Assembly (NCBI GenBank): GCA_002269645.1 | Contig: NIVC01001697.1 | Span: forward strand, 184,638 to 248,637 | DNA length: 64,000 nt | Reading direction: 5' to 3' | Source of the DNA: Macrostomum lignano | Taxonomy: Eukaryota | Shown here: positions 13,501-24,799 of the stretch, piece after piece | How the letters are laid out: every line of letters begins with the position of its first letter | How positions within the stretch are numbered: position 1 is the stretch's first letter | The notes under the pieces: generated by a model | The model's input: only the letters and a program-made list of their open reading frames with translations | Told to the model about the DNA's origin: nothing | Databases searched by the model: none | Program-made: the position numbers and the translations under genes

Positions 13501-16500
13501 CAGGTGAAGATTCGAGCAGGTGAAGATTCGAGCAGGTGAAGATTCGAGCAGGTGAAGATTCGAGCAGGTGAAGATTCGAGCAGGTGAAGATTCGAGGCTA
13601 TGAAAGGTTCTGCCTTTAGACGGTGTGAAGTTTTGAGCTCCTGAAACGATCCCGTAAGTGTTTGCTAATTTTTTCAGTGAAATCTAAAATCAGACCATGC
13701 AATTAACGCAATCAAAAAGTCTAAAAACAATTCAATGGCGACATAAAATTTAAAGAACTAATCTTCTTTTTCTTTGAAAAATCCAATTAGCGATAAAAAT
13801 TGTTGCGATTTTAAAATCTACACGGGAAGGGCAATTGGGCAAACTAACGGCAGCGAAGGCGGCAGTTGGGGTGATGCAAGACAGCCGCCTCGGCTGATGT
13901 TGTGCCAAATGTTGCGGCGGCGGCGGCGGCGGCGGCGCCTGTGGACGAAGTACGGCATGTACTTTTTTAAAAACGGAGACCAATGCAACATTTTCTGGGG
14001 CAAACCTGTTTATCCAAGATTTATCACGGGGAGCACTATAAAAGTCCAACTGCACTTGAACAGGAAGTGAGGGCCGTAGCCCCAGTGGTTCATCGCGGCG
14101 CTCTGGTGTGCCAGCGACCCAGGCTCGATTCCAAGTGCAGTCGCATTAATTTGGGGCTGAATTGACATCTCGGCTTGGCTCTGCTCGTGCAATTAACGGC
14201 CTTGGGGGCCAAACCCCAAGGCACAGTGAAGTGTACATGCCTAACGATAATATAAAATTAGGGCCGCTGTACACTCCTGTGTGAGTGTGTGCCTGCGTAC
14301 GTATCCGCGCGCTTGTGTGCCTGCTCAGGGGAGTCGGCGGAATGGGCAGCAATGCCTCTCGCCGGTTGTGACAATGTCGCTTAAAGTGCACCAGGGTGCA
14401 CACAGCCCCCTGTCTCTGATAAATAATAAACAGGAAGTGAACTTCACTTTCTACCCCCCCAGGCGGCACTTTCGGTTAGTCCCATTCTCGTTAGGGATCT
14501 TTGGTCTCGCAGTCCTCGGTCCTAATCTAAACTGTGTCAGGATGCGCTTTGATTCTGGATTGGACATTTCTAGGGACACTTTTTCAACCGAGTAAGCACC
14601 ATTTGTAGCAATAGTAAAAGTGACTATGCTTTGTACTCTTCGTCTCTAGTGTCTCTAGTTCTAGTCTACGATACTGAACATATCTGTTGAGGACAGCACT
14701 GCTAATTCGTTAGGATTAAAAAAAACGAGATAAAATGGCATTAGCTGAACTAAAAAATATATTGTACGAGCAGAAACGATCGATTGCTAATATGGTACGA
14801 TGACTTAACAGAAATAGACACAGACTTATAACTTTGAGCTAAAATACATAGGCATAGCTTAGCCAGTATTTTTTATTTGGGGGGTGACCGAATTTTTTAT
14901 GAAGGGGCGCCAGCACCAAGAGGCGCCAGTACTAAGGGGCGCCAGCACCAAGGGGCGCCAGCACCAAGAGGCGCCAGTACTAAGGGGCGCCAGCACCAAG
15001 GGGCGCCAGCACCAAGGGGCGCCAGCACCAAGAGGCGCCAGTACTAAGGGGCGCCAGCACCAAGGGGCGCCAGCACCAAGAGGCGCCAGTACTAAGGGGC
15101 GCCAGCACCAAGGGGCGCCAGCACCAAGAGGCGCCAGCACCAAGGGGCGCCAGCACCAAGGGGCGCCAGCACCAAGGGGCGCCAGCACCAAGGGGCTTTA
15201 GCACCAAGGGGCGCCAGCACTTAGGGGCGCCAGCACCAAGGGGCGCCAGCACCAAGGGGCGCCAGCACCAAGGGGCGCCAGCACCAAGGGGCGCCAGCAC
15301 CAAGAGGCGCCAGCACCAAGGGGCGCCAGCACCAAGGGGCGCCAGCACCAAGAGGCGCCAGTACTAAGGGGCGCCAGCACCAAGGGGCGCCAGCACCAAG
15401 GGGCGCCAGCACCAAGGGGCGCCAACACCAAGGGGCTTTAGCACCAAGGGGCGCCAGCACCAAGGGGCGCCAGCATCAAGGGGCGCGATGCCGCACTGGC
15501 TACGCCTGTGCAATGACCCCAGCTCGCAAACGCAAAACTTACATCTGTCAGCGGATTGTCGAACGGTAGCAGAGAAGAGCCGCGGGCCGTCACCGACGGC
15601 GCCTGTTGTGATGACGTTGTCGACATCAGCGGCGTCGGTGAGAGAGTCGGTTGCGACGGCGGTAGCGGCGCTGGAGGCTGCAACAACGACTGACCCGTTG
15701 CTGGTGGGTCGTCCATCGTGTCGGGTTCGTCAGCAAGCAACCGGCGATGCTGCTGCTGGTGCTGCTTCTGCCCAGGTGCAGCAGCAGTTGAAGCCAGCGG
15801 CTTGCCGCAGTCAGATGCCTGCGAGCCAAAGTAGCGCCGCAGGCTCGGCTTGGGCGTCGATTGTACGCTGAGCTCGTCGTCGTCGTCCAGACTGGAGTCG
15901 GAGTCAGGCTCCGCGTCGTCGAGGTCGTTCCACAGCGACTCGTTTTGCAGCTCGGGCTGGTAGTCAAGCTGCACAGATTGGGGATGAAAATTTTGGTTTG
16001 TGCCGAGACTGTGACAACTCCCGCTCAGCTCAGCTTGCCCATTTAGCAGCTTACTAACCATTGAGGATGTGTCACTCAATGTGCTCATAGATGTGTCACT
16101 CAATGTGCTCATAGATGTGTCACTTAATGTGCTCATAGATGTGTCACTTAATGTGCTCATAGATGTGTCACTTAATGTGCTCATAGATGTGTCACTCAAT
16201 GTGCTCAAAGATGTGTCACTCAATGTGCTCATAGATGTGTCACTCAATGTAATCATAGATATTTCACTCAACATGCTCATAGATGTGTCACTCAATGTGT
16301 TCATAGATGTGTCACTTAACGTGCTCATAGATATTTCACCCAATGTGCTCATAGATGTGTCACTCAATGTGTTCATAGATGTGTCACTCAATGTGCTCAT
16401 AGATATTTCACTCAATGTGCTCATAGATGTGTCACTTAATGTGCTCATAGATGTGTCACTCAATGTGCTCAAAGATGTGTCACTCAATGTGCTCATAGAT

Positions 16501-19500
16501 GTGTCACTCAATGTAATCATAGATATTTCACTCAACATGCTCATAGATGTGTCACTCAATGTGTTCATAGATGTGTCACTTAACGTGCTCATAGATATTT
16601 CACCCAATGTGCTCATAGATGTGTCACTCAATGTGTTCATAGATGTGTCACTCAATGTGCTCATAGATATTTCACTCAATGTGCTCATAGATGTGTCACT
16701 CAATGTGCTCATAGATGTGTCACTTAATGTGCTCATAGATATTTCACTCAATGTGCTCATAGATGTGTCACTCAATGTAATCATAGATATTTCACTCAAC
16801 ATGCTCATAGATGTGTCACTCAATGTGCTATAGATGTGTCACTTAATGTGCTCATAGATATTTCACTCAATGTGCTCATAGATTGGTCACTCAATGTGCT
16901 CATAGATTGGTCACTCAATGTGTTCATAGATGTGTCACTTAACGTGCTCATAGATATTTCACTCAATGTGCTCATAGATGTGTCACTCAATGTAATCATA
17001 GATATTTCACTCAACGTGCTCATAGATGTGTCACTCAATGTGCTATAGATGTGTCACTTAATGTGCTCATAGATATTTCACTCAATGTGCTCATAGATTG
17101 GTCACTCAATGTGCTCATAGATTGGTCACTCAATGTGTTCATAGATGTGTCACTTAACGTGCTCATAGATATTTCACTCAATGTGCTCATAGATGTGTCA
17201 CTCAATGTAATCATAGATATTTCACTCAACGTGCTCATAGATGTGTCACTTAACGTGTTTATAGATGTGTCACTTAATGTGCTCATAGATATTTCACTCA
17301 ATGTGCTCATAGATGTGCCACTCAATGTGCTCATAGATGTGTCACTCAATGTGCTCATAGATATTTCACTCAATGTGCTCATAGATGTGTCACTCGATGT
17401 GTAAGCTCAGAATTCATAAAGTTCAGAAAGTTCAGAAACAATTGATGAACTAGTATATCCATCCACTATACGAAAATTTATCTCCATTTTTGTTTCTAGT
17501 TTTATCGAAGATAATAAAAATTATTAAACACGCTACATATCGTTCTTAGATCTAATGGTAGTAGCAATATAAGGCTTCTAGTGTTATGGTATAACAGAAA
17601 AACCTGAATCTGGGATAAGAAAAAGGCACTAAATCGATGAGAGAAAACGGGCATGGGTTGAGTTGGGAACGACAGGGCAAAAGAAACTTACTAAGTAGAT
17701 GAGGGAACTAACTAATCATAAATCATAAATAATGCAAAAACTGCAGTATCATTTTCCGCTCACCTCAAACTGTTGGCCACCCTTCAGCTTTTTAAGCTTC
17801 AATATGGTAGAGAAATTTTCGTCCATAAAAAGCTTGAACTTCTGGCGCCATTCTTTTGGCTGAAATGAGAAGCGAAATAGTTCAATACGAGTTCACTTTT
17901 AGGGTGCGATTAGATAGGCTCACAGGTGTAGCTGACAGACACAAGGTGTAGCTGACAGACACAAGGTGTAGCTGACAGACACAAGGTGTAACTGACAGAT
18001 ACAAGGTGTAGTTGACAGACACAAGGTGTAACTGACAGACACAAGGTGTAGCTGACAGACACAAGGTGTAACTGACAGACACAAGGTGTAACTTACAGGC
18101 ACCAGGAGTAACTGACATTCACGAGGTGTAACTGACAGACACCAGGTGTAACTGACAGGCATCAGGTGTAACTGACAGACACCAGGTGTAACTGACACAC
18201 ACCAGGTGTAACTGACAGGCATCAGGTGTAACTGACAGACACAAGGTGTAACTGACACACACCAGGTGTAACTGACAGGCACCAGGTGTAACTGACACAC
18301 ACCAGGTGTAACTGACACACACCAGGTGTAACTGACACACACCAGGTGTAACTGACACACACCAGGTGTAACTGACACACACCAGGTGTAACTGACACAC
18401 ACCAGGTGTAACTGACACACACCAGGTGTAACTGACACACACCAGGTGTAACTGACACACACCAGGTGTAACTGACAGACACCAGGTGTAACTGACAGAC
18501 ACCAGGTGTAACTGACACACACCAGGTGTAACTGACAGACACCAGGTGTAACTGACAGACACCAGGTGTAACTGACAGACACCAGGTGTAACTGACAGAC
18601 ACCAGGTGTAACTGACACACACCAGGTGTAACTGACACACACCAGGTGTAACTGACAGACACCAGGTGTAACTGACACACACCAGGTGTAACTGACACAC
18701 ACCAGGTGTAACTGACAGACACCAGGTGTAACTGACACACACCAGGTGTAACTGACACACACCAGGTGTAACTGACACACACCAGGTGTAACTGACACAC
18801 CAGGTGTAACTGACAGGCACCAGGTGTAACTGACACACACCAGGTGTAACTGACACACCAGGTGTAACTGACAGGCACCAGGTGTAACTGACACACACCA
18901 GGTGTAACTGACACACACCAGGTGTAACTGACAGACACAAATTCAACTGGTATCTTTCATCACCTTATTAACAGCGTCCTTCTTAATCTTCTCATCCTCC
19001 TCGTCTTCATCCACGCCATGGTCCGTCTCGTCCTCATCGCTGATGGCCTCATCTGTCCAGCGGCCAGACGCAACGGCGCCGGCGACGGCAGCGGCGAAGT
19101 CCTTCCTACAGGCGGCCAGATCGCGCGGCGGTGGCAGCGTCTCCAGCCGCACCACGTGGAGAAACCCGACAGGGCGGCGGTTTGCAGCGGCCGCGGCGGC
19201 GGCAGAGGAGGACTTGCCGGACATAGAGGACTGGTCAACTTTGCTGCTGGACTCCGGAAGCAGGTCGAGCTGGTGCTGCAGCAGGCGGCACTGGAGCACG
19301 TCCGACAGATTCACCTGCAACATTGTAAGTAGCTCAAGATTTGGAGGCTTGAATGAGTTACATTAATTTTGAGTTGAGTCATTGAGATTGTCGAACTGCA
19401 ATGCGTCCCTATTAAGGGATACTTAATCAACAATCCCAACTTACCAGTAAATAGTATTTGACTAACAGACTCAACTGGGGATATTTAATTCTATTTGACG

Positions 19501-22500
19501 AACTAACAGACTCATCTGAGGATATTTAATTCCATTTGACTAACAGACTCATCTGGGGATATTGGAGTCCATCTGACTAACAGACTCATCTGAGGATATT
19601 TGAGTTCATTTGACTAGCAGACTCATCTGGGGATATTGGAGTCCATCTGACTAACAGACTCATCTGAGGATATTTGAGTCCATTTGACTAGCAGACTCAT
19701 CTGGGGATATTTGAGTCCATTTGACTAACAGACTCATCTGGGGATATTTGAGTCCATTTGACTAACAGACTCGTCTGGGGATATTTGAGTCCATTTGACT
19801 AACAGACTCGTCTGGGGATATTTGAGTCCATTTGACTAGCAGAATCGTCTGGGGATATTTGAGTCCATTTGACTAACAGACTCGTCTGGGGATATTTGAG
19901 TCCATTTGACTAACAGACTCGTCTGGGGATATTTGAGTCCATTTGACTAACAGACTCGTCTGGGGATATTTGAGTCCATTTGACTAACAGACTCGTCTGG
20001 GGATATTTGAGTCCATTTGACTAACAGACTCATCTGGTGATATTTGAGTGCATTTGACTAACAGACTCGTCTGGGGATATTTGAGTCCATTTGACTAACA
20101 GACTCGTCTGGGGATATTTGAGTCCATTTGACTAACAGACTCGTCTGGGGATATTTGAGTCCATTTGACTAGCAGAATCGTCTGGGGATATTTGAGTCCA
20201 TTTGACTAACAGACTCGTCTGGGGATATTTGAGTCCATTTGACTAGCAGAATCGTCTGGGGATATTTGAGTCCATTTGACTAACAGACTCGTCTGGGGAT
20301 ATTTGAGTCCATTTGACTAACAGACTCGTCTGGGGATATTTGAGTCCATTTGACTAACAGACTCGTCTGGGGATATTTGAGTCCATTTGACTAGCAGAAT
20401 CGTCTGGGGATATTTGAGTCCATTTGACTAGCAGAATCGTCTGGGGATATTTGAGTCCATTTGACTAACAGACTCATCTGGGGATATTTGATTCCATTTG
20501 ACTAACAGACTCATCTGGGGATATTTGAGTCCATTTGACTAACAGACTCGTCTGGGGATATTTGAGTCCATTTGACTAGCAGACTCGTCTGGGGATATTT
20601 GAGTCCATTTGACTAGCAGACTCATCTGGGAATATTTGGCCGAAAGTTCTCAGCGCTGAAAATAGGCACTTAAACAATAAAACTCTCACCTGCGCTAGGC
20701 CCATTGTCTTGAAGCCTAAATTTCTATACTTCTTACGCCGTTGCAGCATAATCAGCAAAGGATTATCTCGCTTAATAGCGTGCGGATATTGAATCTCCAC
20801 AGTGATTGGATGCTCGAACACCTGACCCCGCTCTGGCACAGTGATCTGCTGAGATCTGAGGGTGCGCCTGCTGCCAGCATGCATGCGGATGGCCAAGTAA
20901 ACTGGGCCGGCTTCATCGCCATTGTTGGCATAGATGCACATGCGATCAATGCGGATTAGCAGCACCCTGGGTAGTGAAATGTTATGCAGGTGGCTCAAGT
21001 TAGCAATACTAATGGTATAACAGGTTCCTAACAGGTTCTTCATTACTCCTATAGATTTCATGTAGTCTTCATCCAGAGTTACTAATTAGAAATTAAACAA
21101 TATTGATGCTAGTTAGGATATTTACAAAACTACTAAAAATTCTATACTTTTAGGAAAAATCCCTTTTTAACAGTTCTGTTTGTCTATTTTCAATTTTATA
21201 GTATTTTTAACTACAGGGGCTGTCCCAGAAATAGCGGAAAAACTGGTACAGAGGCTGACTGTGATATTTGAATTTGATGCAACTTAAGGTAAAAATGTCA
21301 ATTCATTCAAAAGTTATGCCTTTAATTAGAACAAGGAGGAGGGGGTAAAGTTACAATTGCCAGTTTTCCCACTATTTTTGGGACAACCCTTGTAAAATAT
21401 CAAAAAACAAATACATTTATATAACACCTTACAATAGGCATAGCCTCATTCTTTTACTATATAGCTTAGAAGTAAAATTTTGGTTCTGACAAAAATGGTT
21501 AAACTTATACTTACATGACTTTTTTAGTGATGTAATAGGGCAAAATTTAGGGGTAGAAATAGACATGGGACAAATATGCTTTTACACTACTATGTAAATA
21601 TACTGCAAATTTTGGGACTACATTACTAGTAAAGAGCAGTTGGGCTCTTGGGAAAAGCATCCATTTTGTCTTCTGAGTGCAGTTTCTGACTTAAAAAAAT
21701 TCTATCAAAAGGAATTTAAGTTAAAAAAGGGATAGGGGAATAGGACTTAGAATTGCTCTAAGAGGAGTCTTGCTTTAAAACTGGGAGTCTTGCCTAAGCA
21801 CTTAGAAAGGGGAAATTAATGTAAGAAAACACTTTTGCATAATTAACATTTTATCAATTATCATTTTTTGTAAACTGTGTGTCAAACTTAAAATACTTTA
21901 TTTGTTGTCTTGACTCAGTTCTTTAAATACTATATCCTAGGATTAGGGAACATCAAGAGCCTGGTGGCAGCAACCTACCAAGATAATCCACTAAAAATAT
22001 TAAAGTAGACAAAACCAGTAGCCTAAACCACAAGAACCACCCTTGTCCAATGGTTTTAATTAAGATTGAGCAAAAAGATTGTTAGTTTTTATTGGAGTAT
22101 CATCTAAAAGATTAGCAATTTTGGTACGTTGCAAATCACATTAATTTTCTATTATAAATTCATATTTAGGACTTTTTCAGGTTTAGGTTGGTAAAATAAT
22201 TTTCTATTTTGTCTTTAAATTTTGCAAGATAGAAAGTGCACAAAATGATAAAAAACAATTGAAAGTAACTATTTTAGTGGTGAGGCAACCACTATTAGTT
22301 AAATTCTAATAGGAATTTCATGCAATGCAGTTTCTTTTTTTTCTAAGAATAATATATTTAAAAAACAAACATTTCTATAAAACCAAAAAGGTAAAGTATA
22401 AGTATTCTAAAGTTGAGGAATTAATATAATTTAATAAGTTAATAAATTAGTGGCAGTTTTGATAGGATTATAATTTTTATACAAGTTTTAGATGGCCAGG

Positions 22501-24799
22501 TTTCAGTTGAAGCTTTATTCATATATAGTATAGGCTAGATAGAATTAATCAATATAATCTTCAATAGGTCTCTATGCTTCTATTCAAGTTTAGGTTAATA
22601 TATAAAATAAAATCAATTCTTATTAAAACTTTCTATACTAAAACATTTCTCCATATGTATTAGCAGTTGGCTTTTTGCTATATAAAGCTACATAAAAATG
22701 AAGCTTAAACTTGAAATCAGCACTATAAAATACACATAACGAGACAAAATAATAGTCTTATCAAAACTGTGCAACTAATTTATTAACCTAAATCTGAAGA
22801 AGTCCATTATATATCACTTATAGACTTCAGTGAGGGTTTATAGGCTAGCTGGACTAACTCTATAGATCTCATTCCTGTTATAAAGGTTTTGGCAATTTTA
22901 GTAATTACATCAAATTTATTCTAGAGAAGAATTTAGAGAAGAAGCTGAAATGATACATTGGGCAATTAACTTGGTTGAGTGTAAAATCTTGTAAAGAAAA
23001 TCTAATTTGTAAAATGTAAATTTTTTAAACAACTTTTTTACTATTTGACAAATTTTAAAATGTGTCATTTTGTTGATACTAATCGACTTAGGTAATAGTC
23101 AATTTAGTAACAAATGATAATAATTTTGGCAATTTAATAATAAAAAGGCAATGGCAAAAAATGAAGGCCTTGATAATTTTTTGTGCTAATATACAATTAA
23201 AATTTTAAATAAGGCTTTATTTATACTTAACAAAAATATGCAAAAATGCTTGTCATTCTTGTCTACTATCATGACAACAAAGATTAATCTAAGTGCTTGC
23301 CTTTTGAAACAGAAGTTTAAATTTTTGGAATGGCTAGGCCTACAAAACCTTGGCAATTAATTTTAAATACTAAATAGCACAATTTCCCCCATTGGGGGGC
23401 CTAGTTCTAAATTCTATTTATTAGTTTTACCTCTTATATAATTCCTTACAAAAGAATATTATTTTTAAATGCAGTCAAAACTATCCATAGGATCATTTAA
23501 TATTCTTTCTGGTCAATTACATTCCCATTGACTAAGGAATTCTCTTATTAGTAGGCCCCTATTTAGTCAATAAGTACTTCATTTTGTTTAAAGACCTGCC
23601 TTATTAATACTATTTTTACAAAAAGTAAGTGTCTCTTACAATGTCAAAAAACCATAAAATATTTAAGAAATTCATGCAATAGAAATATAAATATTACAAA
23701 TCTGCTTTGTTACCAAAGAAGCTATTATTATGGTTGATATATTTTTAGGAAGTAAGATTAATCTAGGTATAACCTAACCAGGATGGAATTCTTGTATTTC
23801 TTAAGTCAAACAGAATTATGTGATTTTTTTATGGCACGCAAAATATTTTTTATTGGTCACATTTTTTATTTTGGTACTTAGCACATCGCAAAATAACAAA
23901 ATAACGAAATAAAGAAAGACAATAACGAAAAATGCATTCTAAGAAAATGTAGTGATTTGAATTTTTGTCCAAATATGTATATTAGAGAATGTTACGAGTT
24001 TCTACTTCTTATAGAATTTTTTCGAATTTTTACTTTTGTGCCTTATTTAGTTTTTACTTTTTATTCTTTTTTTCTTTGTGATCATAGCTAGTAGGATTAT
24101 CTTTTGCAAAATCCAATATCTCAAGTGCACTTTTGCATATATTAAGAATTAGCAATTTAGTCTGAAATTCTGCAACGCATTTTTTCCGGATTTTTTTACA
24201 CAAAATTGAATTTTTTGCGCAATCGCATAACGCGTTGCCTGATTGCAGCGCATGGGCATTTTGGCGGACGGCGTCCGGCGCGGATCTAATACGGCGCGGC
24301 GCGGCGCGTACGGCGCGCGGCGATTAGTATGGCGCGGCGCGGTACTAATTAGATGCCAAGGCATTTAGGCTTGATAAGACAGTCATAGTTACTCCTGCCG
24401 TTTACCCAAAACTGTGTTAATTTTGCTTTAGGGTTTTTTTCACAGGTAAGTCATTTCACAGCATGGCGCAGGTTGTGTAGGCGTCTGGCGTACTTAAGCC
24501 ATGCGCTGCAATAGGGACGCGTTGTGATTTTTCTGCAAGAATTCCATCCAGGTAACCTAACAAATGTAATAAAGAACAATAAAAAGTAACTTAGTATAGA
24601 AGTATAGTATAATTTAGTATGGTTCCTAAAAATAAAAAGAATTAGGCCTAATTTGTTAAATAAATAAGTCTAAATATTTAAGTAGGCCTAAGGAATAAAA
24701 ACATACCTACCTGGGTATAATGCATGGTGATGACTTCTCACTTTCCCAAAAAGCAGACATGCGGTCTGAGGACAATGAAGGTTTTACATTTGATGCCAT
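7589..24799 (-). CDS. PACS: Phosphofurin acidic cluster sorting protein (PACS1/2-like); exons 24799-24711, 20966-20690, 19314-18964, 15968-15543, 12475-12380, 11775-10592, 10220-10113, 7719-7589
   Basis: Collinear PACS motifs: MSAFWESEKSSPCIIPR; RRTLRSQQI...IQYPHAIKRD..LLIMLQRRKKY; acidic cluster; STPKPSLRRYF; LPERLCIV; RICLLGSD..WQSRVRF; LQLDYW..KTALK; REKKQK|IMRLGKK..LSRLICTSK; VDGVDWSGVKFFQLSSQW. GT-AG phases are consistent apart from one extra A in an A7 run near 10599-10605. Boundaries of the middle exons are less certain. Confidence 0.9.
7931..9837 (+). mobile_element. Chapaev/Transib-like (CMC superfamily) DNA transposon in the last PACS intron; 303-bp TIRs, 4-bp TSD GCGA
   Basis: Termini CACAG...CTGTG. 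TIRs 7931-8233 and 9535-9837 are near-identical (one mismatch seen). GCGA flanks both ends. Internal transposase. Confidence 0.92.
8234..9467 (+). pseudogene. N-terminally truncated RAG1/Transib/Chapaev-type DDE transposase core with one +1 frameshift at the A7 run 8483-8489
   Basis: The joined frame reads IGIDGGGNFLK...DSGVKK/LLILAIVE...LAVDMKMANTLLGLQ..SSSHPCPWC...ELHLMLG...PKVHAVFEHV...GFWSEQASEAVH. This resembles the D, D-x-K...CxxC, H and E catalytic/zinc motifs of this superfamily. Confidence 0.85.
11839..12352. repeat. 34-bp minisatellite (aggtgagggttggtgtcaggtgaggtgggtgaac) in a PACS intron
   Basis: About 15 tandem units. Confidence 0.95.
13049..13596. repeat. 16-bp minisatellite (gagcaggtgaagattc)
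   Basis: About 34 tandem units. Confidence 0.95.
14020..14615. repeat. Dispersed repeat family copy (homolog at ~49278-49665), interrupted by a SINE
   Basis: Shared blocks ggggagcactat..aaaagt.ccaa.tgcac; aagtgaactt.actttctacccc; atctttggtctc.cagtcctc; ctaatctaa.ctgtg.cagg.tgcgctt. Confidence 0.7.
14071..14428 (+). mobile_element. tRNA-derived SINE (family B), 358 bp, 12-bp TSD AACAGGAAGTGA
   Basis: A-box-like TAGCCCCAGTGG and B-box-like GGCTCGATTCC in the 5' head; TAA-rich tail; TSD at 14059-14070 and 14429-14440. Confidence 0.8.
14903..15485. repeat. 16-bp minisatellite (ggggcgccagcaccaa)
   Basis: About 36 tandem units; explains the ORFs at 14859-15463. Confidence 0.95.
16067..17401. repeat. 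24-bp minisatellite (gatgtgtcactcaatgtgctcata)
   Basis: About 55 units with higher-order duplication; explains the MSTLSDTS and LNVLIDVS ORFs. Confidence 0.96.
17924..18934. repeat. 20-bp minisatellite (caccaggtgtaactgacaca)
   Basis: About 50 tandem units. Confidence 0.96.
19459..20636. repeat. 37-bp minisatellite (tttgactaacagactcgtctggggatatttgagtcca)
   Basis: About 31 tandem units in a PACS intron. Confidence 0.96.
21214..21392. mobile_element. Tc1/mariner-type MITE, 179 bp, ~33-bp imperfect TIRs, TA TSD
   Basis: TA|CAGGGGCTGTCCCAGAAATAGCGGAAAAACTGG ... CCAGTTTTCCCACTATTTTTGGGACAACCCTTG|TA. Confidence 0.8.

Noticed and set aside
15969-18946. Long MSTLSDTS, LNVLIDVS and VSVTPGVCQ ORFs as repetitive proteins
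   Set aside because: Minisatellite read-through within PACS introns. Only 15968-15543 of the 461-aa ORF has PACS similarity.
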